Source of the DNA: a virus
Direction: 5' to 3' (one strand)
DNA: 55,795 nucleotides
IMG/VR virus record: IMGVR_UViG_3300029267_001302
Part shown: positions 25,017 to 33,461 of the stretch, piece by piece
How the letters are laid out: each line of letters starts with the position of its first letter
Numbering within the stretch: position 1 is the first letter of the stretch
Made by a program: the position numbers and the translations under genes
The notes under the pieces: model-generated
What the model saw: the letters and a program-made list of their open reading frames with translations, nothing else
Databases searched by the model: none
Told to the model about the DNA's origin: nothing

Positions 25017-26360
25017 TTAAAATTCGAATTGACCGGCGACTGCTTCGCCCGTTTCCGGTTCTCTCACGATACCATATTGCGGAATATACAAAATTTCCTG
25101 CGTTTCGCCTTCACCGCCATCACGTCCTTTGTTTAAACCGATCAGTCCGCGCCCTTGCTTGTAATCGGTATCGACGCCGATTAACAAGTACGCATCTTCA
25201 AGTAACTGCTTCGTTTTCTTCACGTCCTCACGCGAAGGTAATTTAAGTTCTCGCTGACCATCGTCATCACGGTTTTCTTTCGTTTCTTCCGCTTGGGTTA
25301 TCGCGAAAATAACAGACTGTGTCCGTCCTGCTAAGTGACGCAATTTCATTGACGTTGCCGCTGCGTCGCCACCCGCTGTTTTGGACGTGTTTCGTTCATA
25401 ATGTAGGTAGTAAAACGGGTCTAGCACGATGACATCGGCATTTGTTGCGAGAATGTCCGCTTCTAATGACCGCAAATTTCTAAATTGGAAATCTTCGTCG
25501 TCAACCGCACGAACAATTATGTTACCGGAAATTTGTTCGTTTACACCGTCAAGAAAAAATTTAAACGCAGTTTCAAATTCATAAGGAAGTTTGCCGTTTC
25601 GCAATGCGCTAGAATCAAAGCCTGCGTTCATGTCCACGCCGTCAATATTGGCGGTTGTAATACCTTGCCGACCGCTCAAGCTGACGAATATACGAACCCA
25701 AACCTCAAACCAACCCATTTCCATCGCCCAAATCAACACATTCGCGCCTTGCAATGCCGCTTCAATCGCTTCTTCAAGCGTAATAATCGACTTACCTCGA
25801 CCGCTTTTTCCGTAAACAACATAAACGTTTCCGCTAATATATCCGCCGACACTCCGATTGATAAAGTCGAATTTCGACTTCCAAACACGGAATGATTCGC
25901 CTGATTTCCGACGCTCGTATTCCGCAAGAAACTGACTTTTGACGTTGTGCAAGTCCGTTCCGAACGATTTACGAACATCTGTTCTTATTTTAATCAATTC
26001 GACATTTTTCTGCAAGTCCTCAAGAAGCTTTTCGCCACGCTCACCTGAATTAAATTTTTCGGCAAATTTCGACAAATATTGATTGATCGCAACTTTTGCG
26101 GCTTTATCTTTTATTTCCCGCGCCAAGAACTCGTAGCTGTCCTCGACGCCCGGCATCGGCACGAACGAAGGACATTCCGCAGCTACTACTTCGAACGATG
26201 GCGTTCGACCGCAATTTTGTTCCGCGTAATTGACAATAAAACGATAAACCTCGCGTTCACCTTCCGTTGCGAAGTCGTCCTCGGTAATGTTGTATCGTTT
26301 AAGGGCAGTAACATTGTTATCGTCAATTATTTTCGAAAATAGCATGTGTGAGTAACTCAA
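25017..26360 (-). CDS. dnaB: Replicative DNA helicase (DnaB family)
   Basis: 447 aa. Walker A GKSGRGKS and a RecA-like C-domain (VIVLDPFYYL). TTG start after AAAGGAGG. Confidence 0.85.
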   Translation of the reverse strand: MSYSHMLFSKIIDDNNVTALKRYNITEDDFATEGEREVYRFIVNYAEQNCGRTPSFEVVAAECPSFVPMPGVEDSYEFLAREIKDKAAKVAINQYLSKFAEKFNSGERGEKLLEDLQKNVELIKIRTDVRKSFGTDLHNVKSQFLAEYERRKSGESFRVWKSKFDFINRSVGGYISGNVYVVYGKSGRGKSIITLEEAIEAALQGANVLIWAMEMGWFEVWVRIFVSLSGRQGITTANIDGVDMNAGFDSSALRNGKLPYEFETAFKFFLDGVNEQISGNIIVRAVDDEDFQFRNLRSLEADILATNADVIVLDPFYYLHYERNTSKTAGGDAAATSMKLRHLAGRTQSVIFAITQAEETKENRDDDGQRELKLPSREDVKKTKQLLEDAYLLIGVDTDYKQGRGLIGLNKGRDGGEGETQEILYIPQYGIVREPETGEAVAGQFEF

Positions 26361-26399
26361 TCGGTATCAACCTCCTTTACTCTAGCATCAGAATTTATA

Positions 26400-26594
26400 T
26401 TAATCTTCTACTTTTTCTACAACCAGTTTTTCAATTTGCGGTTCGTCAATTTCTTTTGAACAATGATAACAAATAGAAATGTAGGCATTTTCAGAATCCC
26501 AAGCCAATTGTTCAGCTTCTTCTTTGTTATGCGTTTCAAATTCCCCAATATATTTTGTTCCTACTACAACCCCATAAACTTTGTATTTCGGCAT
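26400..26594 (-). CDS. Hypothetical protein
   Basis: The ATG at 26594 follows AAGGTG. 64 aa. Confidence 0.55.
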   Translation of the reverse strand: MPKYKVYGVVVGTKYIGEFETHNKEEAEQLAWDSENAYISICYHCSKEIDEPQIEKLVVEKVED

Positions 26595-26609
26595 AACAAT
26601 CACCTTTTC

Positions 26610-26816
26610 TTATAATTTCCGTAACTTCTCTTTTACACGTTCTATCCTTTCCGCATATTCAGCGTCACCGAACGTTTCATAAAGCCTCCTGTAATCGTTC
26701 ATTTCGTCTAGCAATCTATCGATTTCCTCGTTCCGTTCCCGCCTTTTCCTCGCTCGCTCGATTTCCGGTCTAGGATTCGGTTTGTCATCGGAATGTTCCC
26801 AAAAAAGGTAATACAC
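26610..26816 (-). CDS. Hypothetical basic coiled-coil protein
   Basis: The GTG at 26816 follows GGAGGGGG. The longer track ORF would overlap the loader gene. Confidence 0.5.
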   Translation of the reverse strand: MYYLFWEHSDDKPNPRPEIERARKRRERNEEIDRLLDEMNDYRRLYETFGDAEYAERIERVKEKLRKL

Positions 26817-26817
26817 G

Positions 26818-27588
26818 CTACCCCCTCCGTTTCCCCCTTTTACTTTCACCAACAAACTCGACAACAACGCACATGTCACGCATACGGTCGTAAAGCCTTT
26901 CGTCAAATATTCGAGCCATGTCCTCGATTGGAAAGTTCGACGTATAAACCGTCGGCAGTCCGTTTGTCACGCGGTGATTAATAATAGAGTGCAAATCGCC
27001 GCGAAAGCCTTCCGTTGCTTGCCTAACACCGATATCGTCAAGCACGGCAAACGGTGCTTGTTTCGCTGCTTGCAATTGACGATAATATTCACGGCTTGCA
27101 CGCTCGGCAATGTCTTCCGGCACATGTGATCGGTTAAACTCGTTGTACAACGTTTGCCATTCGTTCACGTCCAAAAAGTACGCCGGCTGTTGCAATGGTT
27201 GTCGACCACGCTTTAGCGAACCGAGATAATGTGCGACAAGCCAATCGTTCAGTAAAGCAGCAGCCGTCGTTGTTTTACCGGTTCCGGGCGACTTCGACCA
27301 CATATAGACCGACTTGATTCGATCACCAATTTCGTCAAACTGTCGCCCAAATGTCGCCGAGTATTTGTCGAGTATTTCATAAATTTTCGGCTGGCTTGCG
27401 CGTACCGGCGAGTTTGTGAGCGTAACTAGCCGGTAGTCGCTCGGAACGCCCGCCATACCGACCCGGCCGCCTTTTGCGTTCATTCCGTGCAAAGCGATAA
27501 AGTGCGGACATTGGTTGTTACATGCCGAACCGCCCGCCAGTTGGCAACGGTACGCGAGTAAGCAACGATTTGCGTTTGATTGCGTCAA
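26818..27588 (-). CDS. DnaI/DnaC-like helicase loader ATPase
   Basis: Walker A SPGTGKTTTAAAL, Walker B FAVLDDIG, and a Cys-rich N-terminus (C..C..C...C) as in DnaI. Confidence 0.75.
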   Translation of the reverse strand: MTQSNANRCLLAYRCQLAGGSACNNQCPHFIALHGMNAKGGRVGMAGVPSDYRLVTLTNSPVRASQPKIYEILDKYSATFGRQFDEIGDRIKSVYMWSKSPGTGKTTTAAALLNDWLVAHYLGSLKRGRQPLQQPAYFLDVNEWQTLYNEFNRSHVPEDIAERASREYYRQLQAAKQAPFAVLDDIGVRQATEGFRGDLHSIINHRVTNGLPTVYTSNFPIEDMARIFDERLYDRMRDMCVVVEFVGESKRGKRRG

Positions 27589-27604
27589 GCGCTGTCACCT
27601 CCGT

Positions 27605-28003
27605 TCACAACCATTCCTCCAATTCTTCGTAATTAATTTCGTTATCTTTTCGTCGACTTTCCGCTGCAACTTCCGCTTGTGCCTGCGCGAAATATCGATC
27701 CATGTACGAATACATAAACATCCACGTTGGGTACGGAAATTGCTCAGGCTTTGTCGTCCGATACTCACGCCAGCAAATGTCGATGAACCGTTTCAGCACC
27801 GCATTGCCATACCGTTCTTGCGCCTGTTTCAACATGCCACGTTCGCGCGCCCATCGTTGCTGCTTCGAACCACTACCGCCGGGCGAATATTCAACGCCGT
27901 ATCGTTCGAGCGTGTTGTCGACAATGTACGCAAGAAACGTATTTGCGTTCCAATCGTCTAGGTTGCGGTTTTGCCAGTCGTATTGCGAAGGTTTTTTAGG
28001 CAT
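27605..28003 (-). CDS. Hypothetical replication-module protein
   Basis: 132-aa ORF immediately upstream of the loader. Confidence 0.6.
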   Translation of the reverse strand: MPKKPSQYDWQNRNLDDWNANTFLAYIVDNTLERYGVEYSPGGSGSKQQRWARERGMLKQAQERYGNAVLKRFIDICWREYRTTKPEQFPYPTWMFMYSYMDRYFAQAQAEVAAESRRKDNEINYEELEEWL

Positions 28004-28269
28004 TAGAAATCGCCTCCGTTAACATCAACGATCTTTCCGAACTCTTCGCCTTGAACCGCTATAAAATCTACCCAATTTTTCTCGTTCAACGGAACTATAA
28101 TATCCTTTTTAGGAAAAATCTCGTTGCCATCGTCATCAACATAATAATCTTGGACAACGAATTGAAAATAAGAAGTCGAGTAGTGAACCGATAAAATACA
28201 TTTAGGCGAATCGGACGGCATTGTATAAATGTTACCCTTCGAATCCTGTACGGCAATGATTTTATTCAT
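28003..28269 (-). CDS. Hypothetical protein
   Basis: 88-aa ORF with coupled junctions. Confidence 0.6.
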   Translation of the reverse strand: MNKIIAVQDSKGNIYTMPSDSPKCILSVHYSTSYFQFVVQDYYVDDDGNEIFPKKDIIVPLNEKNWVDFIAVQGEEFGKIVDVNGGDF

Positions 28270-28637
28270 TCCTCAACACCTTCCTTTCGATTTAAAACGT
28301 CAATAATACTTCCGTAAGCACGCGCTTCATCTGACGTACATGCCGTTGCATAACCTTCCGCTGCAACTTCACGTATTACGTTGATTACCGCTTCTAATTC
28401 CGCAATATGATCGAGTAACGACGGAATATCTTCGCGGGCATGTGCGATGAATTCTGCGTCATCCGCACTACATCCGTCTAATTTAGCGATAGTTCCTCCA
28501 TTATTATGGAAACCACGTAGCTTAGGCGAAAATATAACTATATCTCCGAACTTATCACCTTCCCACAACCATTTTCCGCCTGACGCTTTTCCCGCACGTT
28601 CTTTGATTTCGTTTAACTCCGCTTGTGTTAACGGCAT
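28266..28637 (-). CDS. Ead/Ea22-like protein
   Basis: GGKWLWEG....DAEFIAHAREDIPSLLDHIAELE is the typical Ea22-like pattern. The ATG follows GGAGGTGG. Confidence 0.55.
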   Translation of the reverse strand: MPLTQAELNEIKERAGKASGGKWLWEGDKFGDIVIFSPKLRGFHNNGGTIAKLDGCSADDAEFIAHAREDIPSLLDHIAELEAVINVIREVAAEGYATACTSDEARAYGSIIDVLNRKEGVEE

Positions 28638-28896
28638 TATTCGTCCACCTCCGTCACAACTTTTTCGCTCATTTTTCGTGCCCCTTTCACTTAAAATTAG
28701 CGTGAAATTACCGTGTTTTATACTTCCGAATAGAAAACCATTAGGTACGGATAAAATCGTCTGTATCGCGCCGATAGACGCCTTAAAACGTGTGTTAGTT
28801 GTTGACGCCTTCGATATAAAGCGTCGGCGGCGCGCGACAGTTTCACATTTTCCATCTTTGTAATACCTCTTATAAATCTTTTATTTATTAATCTTA

Positions 28897-29012
28897 TCTG
28901 CGACCATGTATGAGTTTACGAATACATGGCGCAAAGTATTTATTCTTTTTAAGTAATTCTTTTTAATATATTCTTTTTCATTAACGCTTCTGTAGATAAT
29001 AAACTACAGAAG
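28897..29012. promoter_or_regulatory. Origin-like cis module, copy A (hairpin, 3 x TTCTTTTT iterons, palindrome)
   Basis: The inverted repeat is GCGACCATGTAT (28900-28911) with ATACATGGCGC (28922-28932). AAAGTATTTA follows, then TTCTTTTT at 28943, 28957 and 28971 (14-nt period). A perfect 9-bp palindrome CTTCTGTAG/CTACAGAAG follows at 28987-29012. A homologous module lies at 55573-55678. Confidence 0.6.
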
Positions 29013-29026
29013 TAAAGATTGTATCT

Positions 29027-29470
29027 TCACGCAAGTAGTTTAATTCCTTTTTCCTTGCCTAGAAGCTTTCCGATATTTTCGTATTTTCGCGCAACTTCGG
29101 CCAGCTTCCGGTATATATCCGCCTCCCTCTCTCGAAACTTTTCGCGCTCTAACGGGTCGTGAACGATATAGATGATCTTATCCCTACCGCGACCGACCGG
29201 TTTGTGTTCGATCGTCACTAATTCGGCTGCTTCGAGTATTGCGTCGAGTATCGGCAATGTTGAGTACGATAGTTGAAACTTTTCGGTAACGGACGCTCGG
29301 CCTTTCCACGCTCGACCTTCATCATTGTTACGGTATCTTAACAAGTACAAATAGTACAGTGTCGCTTTGTCGCCGATGTACGGATGGTATAAGTCGAAAA
29401 TTTCGTGGAACATTAGCGAAAAGCCGGTTCGGGTCGTTCCTGTTCGTATATATGCGTTTTGTTGCGTCAT
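29027..29470 (-). CDS. Winged-helix DNA-binding protein (replication initiator/organizer candidate)
   Basis: 147 aa. KATLYYLYLLRY....ASVTEKFQLSYSTLPILDAILEAAELV parallels the pattern in ORF 85..489. It sits at the head of the replication module and directly upstream of cis module A. Confidence 0.45.
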   Translation of the reverse strand: MTQQNAYIRTGTTRTGFSLMFHEIFDLYHPYIGDKATLYYLYLLRYRNNDEGRAWKGRASVTEKFQLSYSTLPILDAILEAAELVTIEHKPVGRGRDKIIYIVHDPLEREKFREREADIYRKLAEVARKYENIGKLLGKEKGIKLLA

Positions 29471-29471
29471 T

Positions 29472-29966
29472 TTAAGCCCCTTTCTTTTTCAGTTTAGTAA
29501 ACTTATATTGTTTTGCGAACTCGTATACTTCTTTATAATCAAAAACTAGTAGTACAGTATCCATTTTTCTGTACGGATACTTACCATCGCCTTTATTCGG
29601 GACTTTTTCTATACGTTCCTTATGCAGCAGCGACAATGGTTTTCCGAATTTTATTTCTAATTCAGTGTAGAACGGTCGTAAAGATGACGGGTGATTATGT
29701 CCTATTTTTTCAAATAAAATCGATAGTATTTCATTTGCTTTCTTTTCATCAGGAAGTCCTTTTAACTCTGGAGTAACTGTTATTTCATCCGACTTATTTT
29801 TCTTGTATTCATTCAGTTCATCTAACACTAACGGTAAAAAATCTTTTATTAATAAATGTTTTACTTCATTCACCACTTCTGTTAAAATAGGTTTTACCAA
29901 TGCCTCAAGTTCTTTTTCATTAACACGCGGAGCAATTTCGTTTTTTCTCAAAAAATTAAACGCCAT
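29472..29966 (-). CDS. Hypothetical protein
   Basis: 164-aa ORF in a visibly AT-rich stretch. Confidence 0.6.
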   Translation of the reverse strand: MAFNFLRKNEIAPRVNEKELEALVKPILTEVVNEVKHLLIKDFLPLVLDELNEYKKNKSDEITVTPELKGLPDEKKANEILSILFEKIGHNHPSSLRPFYTELEIKFGKPLSLLHKERIEKVPNKGDGKYPYRKMDTVLLVFDYKEVYEFAKQYKFTKLKKKGA

Positions 29967-29969
29967 GAA

Positions 29970-30782
29970 TCATCCCTCCATAGTGATAATAGTTTCATTT
30001 TTAAATAACGTTTTTGTAAACAATTTCCAAAAATCATCAAATTCGTCTAGTTTCCCGCAAGCATCTTCGTCATATTCGATTGCTTTTCTTAATTTAGCGC
30101 CTTCCAACGCAATAGATCCGTATTTTTTACGAATGTAATCTAGTTCGTTAATAAAATCGATATAAAATTTCTTTCGCTTTTCTTCGTCTATTATCCGAAC
30201 ATTATCGCTTTCTTCTTTTTCGATATATACATATTCCGTTCTAACTTCTACTTCAGGTTCGCGACTTTCTAATTCTTCTAATCTCTTTCTTATTATCTCT
30301 TCGCTTCGTTCCGCCATATTAGCCCGTTCTTCTGCTTGTCGCCGAGCTTTTTCCGCCTGTTCTTTCGCTTGCTGTGCTTCTTTCAGCGCACGCTTAACTT
30401 CCCGCAACTCCCGTACCGTCATTTCATCGACCGTTTTGACTTCGCCTGTTGACGGGATTGTGTGCGGCTTCGTGCGTTCGGCTGGCGGTAGGGTTGCGAT
30501 TTCGTAGAGTACATTCAGTCCCAAATGTGACGACGTCGTCATTTTTCCGTCTAGCTCGTCGACAACCTTCATAAAACGATTGGCCTGCCTGTACGGTATT
30601 CCTGCGTCATTTTCGCACCAGCTCACAAACTCTCCATGCGTCAAGTCGTTTTCTTTGACGTGTTTTAGCCGTCTACCAATCTCGAAAATTGCCTCGCCTG
30701 CTACCTGTTTGTATGCGTTGATTTCTGCTGTAATTACGTTGATGTCATTCGATAATTCAGTATGAGCTTTCGCTAATTCCAT
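29970..30782 (-). CDS. DUF3102-like protein with a long charged coiled coil
   Basis: The N-terminus AGEAIFEIGRRLKHVKENDLTHGEFVSWCENDAGIPYRQANRFMKV fits the DUF3102 pattern. It is the first gene after conserved element copy 2. Confidence 0.5.
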   Translation of the reverse strand: MELAKAHTELSNDINVITAEINAYKQVAGEAIFEIGRRLKHVKENDLTHGEFVSWCENDAGIPYRQANRFMKVVDELDGKMTTSSHLGLNVLYEIATLPPAERTKPHTIPSTGEVKTVDEMTVRELREVKRALKEAQQAKEQAEKARRQAEERANMAERSEEIIRKRLEELESREPEVEVRTEYVYIEKEESDNVRIIDEEKRKKFYIDFINELDYIRKKYGSIALEGAKLRKAIEYDEDACGKLDEFDDFWKLFTKTLFKNETIITMEG

Positions 30783-30835
30783 TACGATTTCACCTCCGTA
30801 TGTTTTATTTTTACGAATGTAGATTATTGGGTAGT

Positions 30836-30886
30836 TTTAACCCCTACACTTTTAATAACCAAAATAATGAGGCAAATTGCGACATC
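30836..30886 (-). promoter_or_regulatory. Conserved about 50-nt upstream element, copy 2
   Basis: See 23564..23613. An extra TGCGACAT box lies at 30943-30950. Confidence 0.6.
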
Positions 30887-30954
30887 ATGATGTAAAATTT
30901 TTTCGCCTTTCACTTATGTAGGATACAGGCGTTTAAAAAAATGCGACATTTTTG

Positions 30955-30992
30955 CGAAAAAAAATAAAAAGCCCACGCATTTTTGCGTGAGC
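30955..30992 (-). terminator. Rho-independent terminator (minus strand)
   Basis: The minus strand reads GCTCACGC-AAAAA-GCGTGGGC followed by TTTTTATTTTTTTT, just after the stop of 31000..31431. Confidence 0.85.
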
Positions 30993-30999
30993 CTTTACG

Positions 31000-31431
31000 T
31001 TACTTCAATCCGAACTGCGCTTTATTTTGTAATTTTCCGCCTTGAAACGTGAAATTAGCGTTAGCGCCTATCTCGCCCTCGCCATCCCACGAATATATGA
31101 TCGTATGCAAATCCGTACCTTCTTCACCGGTTTCGCTCATAACCTCGCCTTCGCTGCCGATAATTTTAACGACTTCTTCGTATGTCATGCCGGTTTTAAT
31201 CGCGTCAAACTCGGCTTTGCTAATCGTCGGCTTGTTTTCCGGCTCGGCTGGCTCGGACTTTTCCTCGGTTTTCTTCGGTTGTGTTTCGGCTTCTTTCTGC
31301 TGTTCCGTACTCGCTTGCTCAGTAGTGTTCGTTTCTTCCTCACCGCCGCCCACTGCGCCAATTCCCGCGATAACCAACACAACGATTACCCAAAACCACC
31401 ACCGCTTGAATATCGACTTTTTCTTTTCCAT
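31000..31431 (-). CDS. Membrane-anchored protein with a BLIP/DUF3862-like C-domain (prophage-expressed candidate)
   Basis: N-terminal TM segment WWFWVIVVLVIAGIGAVGG, a Glu/Thr/Pro-rich linker, then ..KTGMTYEEVVKIIGSEG... It is co-oriented with and downstream of the integrase. Confidence 0.6.
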   Translation of the reverse strand: MEKKKSIFKRWWFWVIVVLVIAGIGAVGGGEEETNTTEQASTEQQKEAETQPKKTEEKSEPAEPENKPTISKAEFDAIKTGMTYEEVVKIIGSEGEVMSETGEEGTDLHTIIYSWDGEGEIGANANFTFQGGKLQNKAQFGLK

Positions 31432-31491
31432 TTTTAACCTCCGTTTCCTCTTTTTCCGACAAATTTATTATAAACAATTTTTAATATTTTC

Positions 31492-32469
31492 TCAATTTCC
31501 ATCTTCCATTACTTTTCGATACTGCTCAGACACATCGTCGTTCGTATAGTCAAGATATATCTGCGTTGTTGTAATGTCGCTATGACCGAGTATCATTTGC
31601 AGCGATCTAATGTCTCCACCACGTTTTAAGTAGTTAACTGCGAATGTGTGTCGCAAACTATGTGGGCTTGCTCGACACTCGTCCTTTAGTCCTGCAATAC
31701 GAGCGTACTTATCCATACGCTTACGTATATGGTCATTGCGCATTGGCTCTCCGTATTGATTCGTAAAAACGTGTTTCACGTCTGTTCCGAAATATTCTTG
31801 TGTTTCCGCAACTAAATCGTAAAGACAATCACGCACTTCTTTTGTAATTGGTACAACTCGCGTTTTACGGTTTTTGTTCTTTGCGCCCGGCAGCAAAATT
31901 ACACAATTCTCAAAGTCAATGTCGTTAATTTCCAATGCGTTAATTTCATTAGATCGTAAGCCACATTTCAACATAGTCAGCATTGCGCAGTAATCACGAA
32001 ACCCTGCGAAAGTATCTCGATCAATAACGCTGAAAAGTCGTTTAATTTGCTTGTCAGTCAATGTAAATATTCGTTGTTCATCCGTTTTTAGTTTCGGAAC
32101 TTTTTGCGCTGGGTTTTCATTAATAATATCGTTTGCGGCGAGTTTACTAAAAATAGATTTAACACCACCTAACCGAATGTTTATCGTAACTGGCGAAAGT
32201 TTCCTTACATTCAGTAGTGTATCAATATACAGTCTGAAATGATCTACTGTTATGTCGCCAATATTATCGGTTTCACGTACGCCGATTGTTTCGATAAATT
32301 CCGACCAATAATTACGATAGTCGTTGATCGTTCTTTCACGATATCCTTCCGTTTGAAAAATCGTCATAACACGGTTAAGTGCATCAATTATTGTTATGTA
32401 CGCCGTTGGCGTTCTTGTGACCGAAAATTCTCTTCGTTTATAAACCCCTCTTCGTATTTTTCGTGGCAT
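31492..32469 (-). CDS. int: Tyrosine integrase (XerC/D-type site-specific recombinase)
   Basis: C-terminal catalytic pattern HSLRHTFAVNYL...LGHSDITTTQIYLDY. The ATG at 32469 follows GGGAGG. The track ORF start (32586) runs into the terminator and attP region. Confidence 0.9.
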   Translation of the reverse strand: MPRKIRRGVYKRREFSVTRTPTAYITIIDALNRVMTIFQTEGYRERTINDYRNYWSEFIETIGVRETDNIGDITVDHFRLYIDTLLNVRKLSPVTINIRLGGVKSIFSKLAANDIINENPAQKVPKLKTDEQRIFTLTDKQIKRLFSVIDRDTFAGFRDYCAMLTMLKCGLRSNEINALEINDIDFENCVILLPGAKNKNRKTRVVPITKEVRDCLYDLVAETQEYFGTDVKHVFTNQYGEPMRNDHIRKRMDKYARIAGLKDECRASPHSLRHTFAVNYLKRGGDIRSLQMILGHSDITTTQIYLDYTNDDVSEQYRKVMEDGN

Positions 32470-32582
32470 AAAATAACCTCCCGTCAAACAATAACGAAAG
32501 GACCCGTTTACCTGCGTTAAAACGGACGCGAACCTTGCGAAAAACTTATCGGTCGTTTTTACGGTGTTCGCGTCCTTACTCG

Positions 32583-32619
32583 ACAAAATAAAACGGAGTT
32601 TCCGCTAAGAAACCCCGTT
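32583..32619 (-). terminator. Rho-independent terminator following the tRNA 3' fragment
   Basis: The minus strand reads AACGGGGTTTC-TTAGCG-GAAACTCCGTT followed by TTTATTTTG. Confidence 0.65.
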
Positions 32620-32632
32620 AAATCAACGCTTA

Positions 32633-32660
32633 CGCGCTCGGAGGGACTCGAACCCCCGAC
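32633..32660 (-). other. tRNA 3'-end fragment (T-arm plus acceptor strand), putative attP core
   Basis: The minus strand reads GTCGGGGGTTCGAGTCCCTCCGAGCGCG. This comprises a T-stem, a TTCGAGT loop, a 7-nt acceptor 3' strand and a discriminator. No D-arm or anticodon arm lies upstream. The fragment is adjacent to int. Confidence 0.65.
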
Positions 32661-32886
32661 GGACGTGGTACCGGAAACCTTTTGCGAAATATAAACGCTG
32701 ATTTAAACGGGAACCTTTTCGTTAACATATTTTATGATTCGGTCTCGAAAAATACGAGACGCGGTTACTGACGTTATTATACCGAAATTTTAACCGAGAT
32801 TCAAGCGTGTTTGAAACGAACAAATAATATAGAGTAGATATTAATTCGAATGAGTAGATTTTATGCAAAAAATTTCAAAAAAGGTG

Positions 32887-32940
32887 TTGACTTAATGCGT
32901 TATCGCACTTATAATAAAATTAGAAAATGCGATAACGCAT
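32887..32940 (+). promoter_or_regulatory. SigmaA consensus promoter bracketed by a perfect 13-nt inverted repeat (operator)
   Basis: TTGACT (32887-32892), a 17-nt spacer, then TATAAT (32910-32915). ATGCGTTATCGCA (32895-32907) and TGCGATAACGCAT (32928-32940) are exact reverse complements flanking the -10 element. Confidence 0.8.
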
Positions 32941-32966
32941 AAAAATAAAAAAAGGAGGAAGTAACG

Positions 32967-33401
32967 ATGCAAAACGTAATGACGCTTGCTTGGGAGATTG
33001 CTCGGAAAGGACAAAAAAAGTTTGGAGGAAAAGTGAAAGAGTATATCGCTGAAGCTTTGCGTCAAGCGTGGCGCATCGTGAAAAAAGCCATGACAACACC
33101 TGAAAAATTTGGATTCGTTGAATTGCAAAGAAAAAACGGGGTTATCTTTTTCATTGTCGACCATGTTGACGGTATGACCGTCACCCTTCTTGACCGAAAC
33201 CCATACAACGGCCAAGTGAACAAATTAGTCATCAACGACTACAAACTAGGCACAAACAAAAAATCTGGAAAAGAAGCGCGTTTGTATGATGTTGCCATCC
33301 ACGCAGGCGACATCGAAATAAAATTAGGGAACGACGTTATGGTTATCCCTAACAGCCTGAACAGAGATCAATTTAAAACAAAAAAGAGATGGGAAAAATA
33401 A
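32967..33401 (+). CDS. Hypothetical protein (moron operon gene 1)
   Basis: 144 aa. The ATG follows AAGGAGGAAG. Confidence 0.7.
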   Translation: MQNVMTLAWEIARKGQKKFGGKVKEYIAEALRQAWRIVKKAMTTPEKFGFVELQRKNGVIFFIVDHVDGMTVTLLDRNPYNGQVNKLVINDYKLGTNKKSGKEARLYDVAIHAGDIEIKLGNDVMVIPNSLNRDQFKTKKRWEK

Positions 33402-33461
33402 AAACCGGAGTCAGCGAGATGGTAAAACCTCTCTGCTGCCCTAAAACGAGGAGGAATAAAA

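Noticed and set aside
28943-28978. TTCTTTTT repeats as a mini CRISPR array.
   Set aside because: The units are 8-9 nt with 5-nt spacers. There are only three copies and no cas genes, so they are iteron-like rather than CRISPR.
32470-32586. The 39-aa N-terminal extension of the integrase ORF.
   Set aside because: It runs through the terminator hairpin and the attP-proximal region. The ATG at 32469 has a GGGAGG SD and starts the typical basic integrase N-terminus.
32590-32680. A complete tRNA gene.
   Set aside because: Only a T-arm and the acceptor 3' strand can be folded. No anticodon or D-arm pairing exists upstream, so it is treated as an attP tRNA fragment.
32892-33215. 107-aa minus-strand ORF.
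   Set aside because: It is antisense to the consensus promoter and to the well-supported plus-strand gene 32967..33401, and it has no SD.
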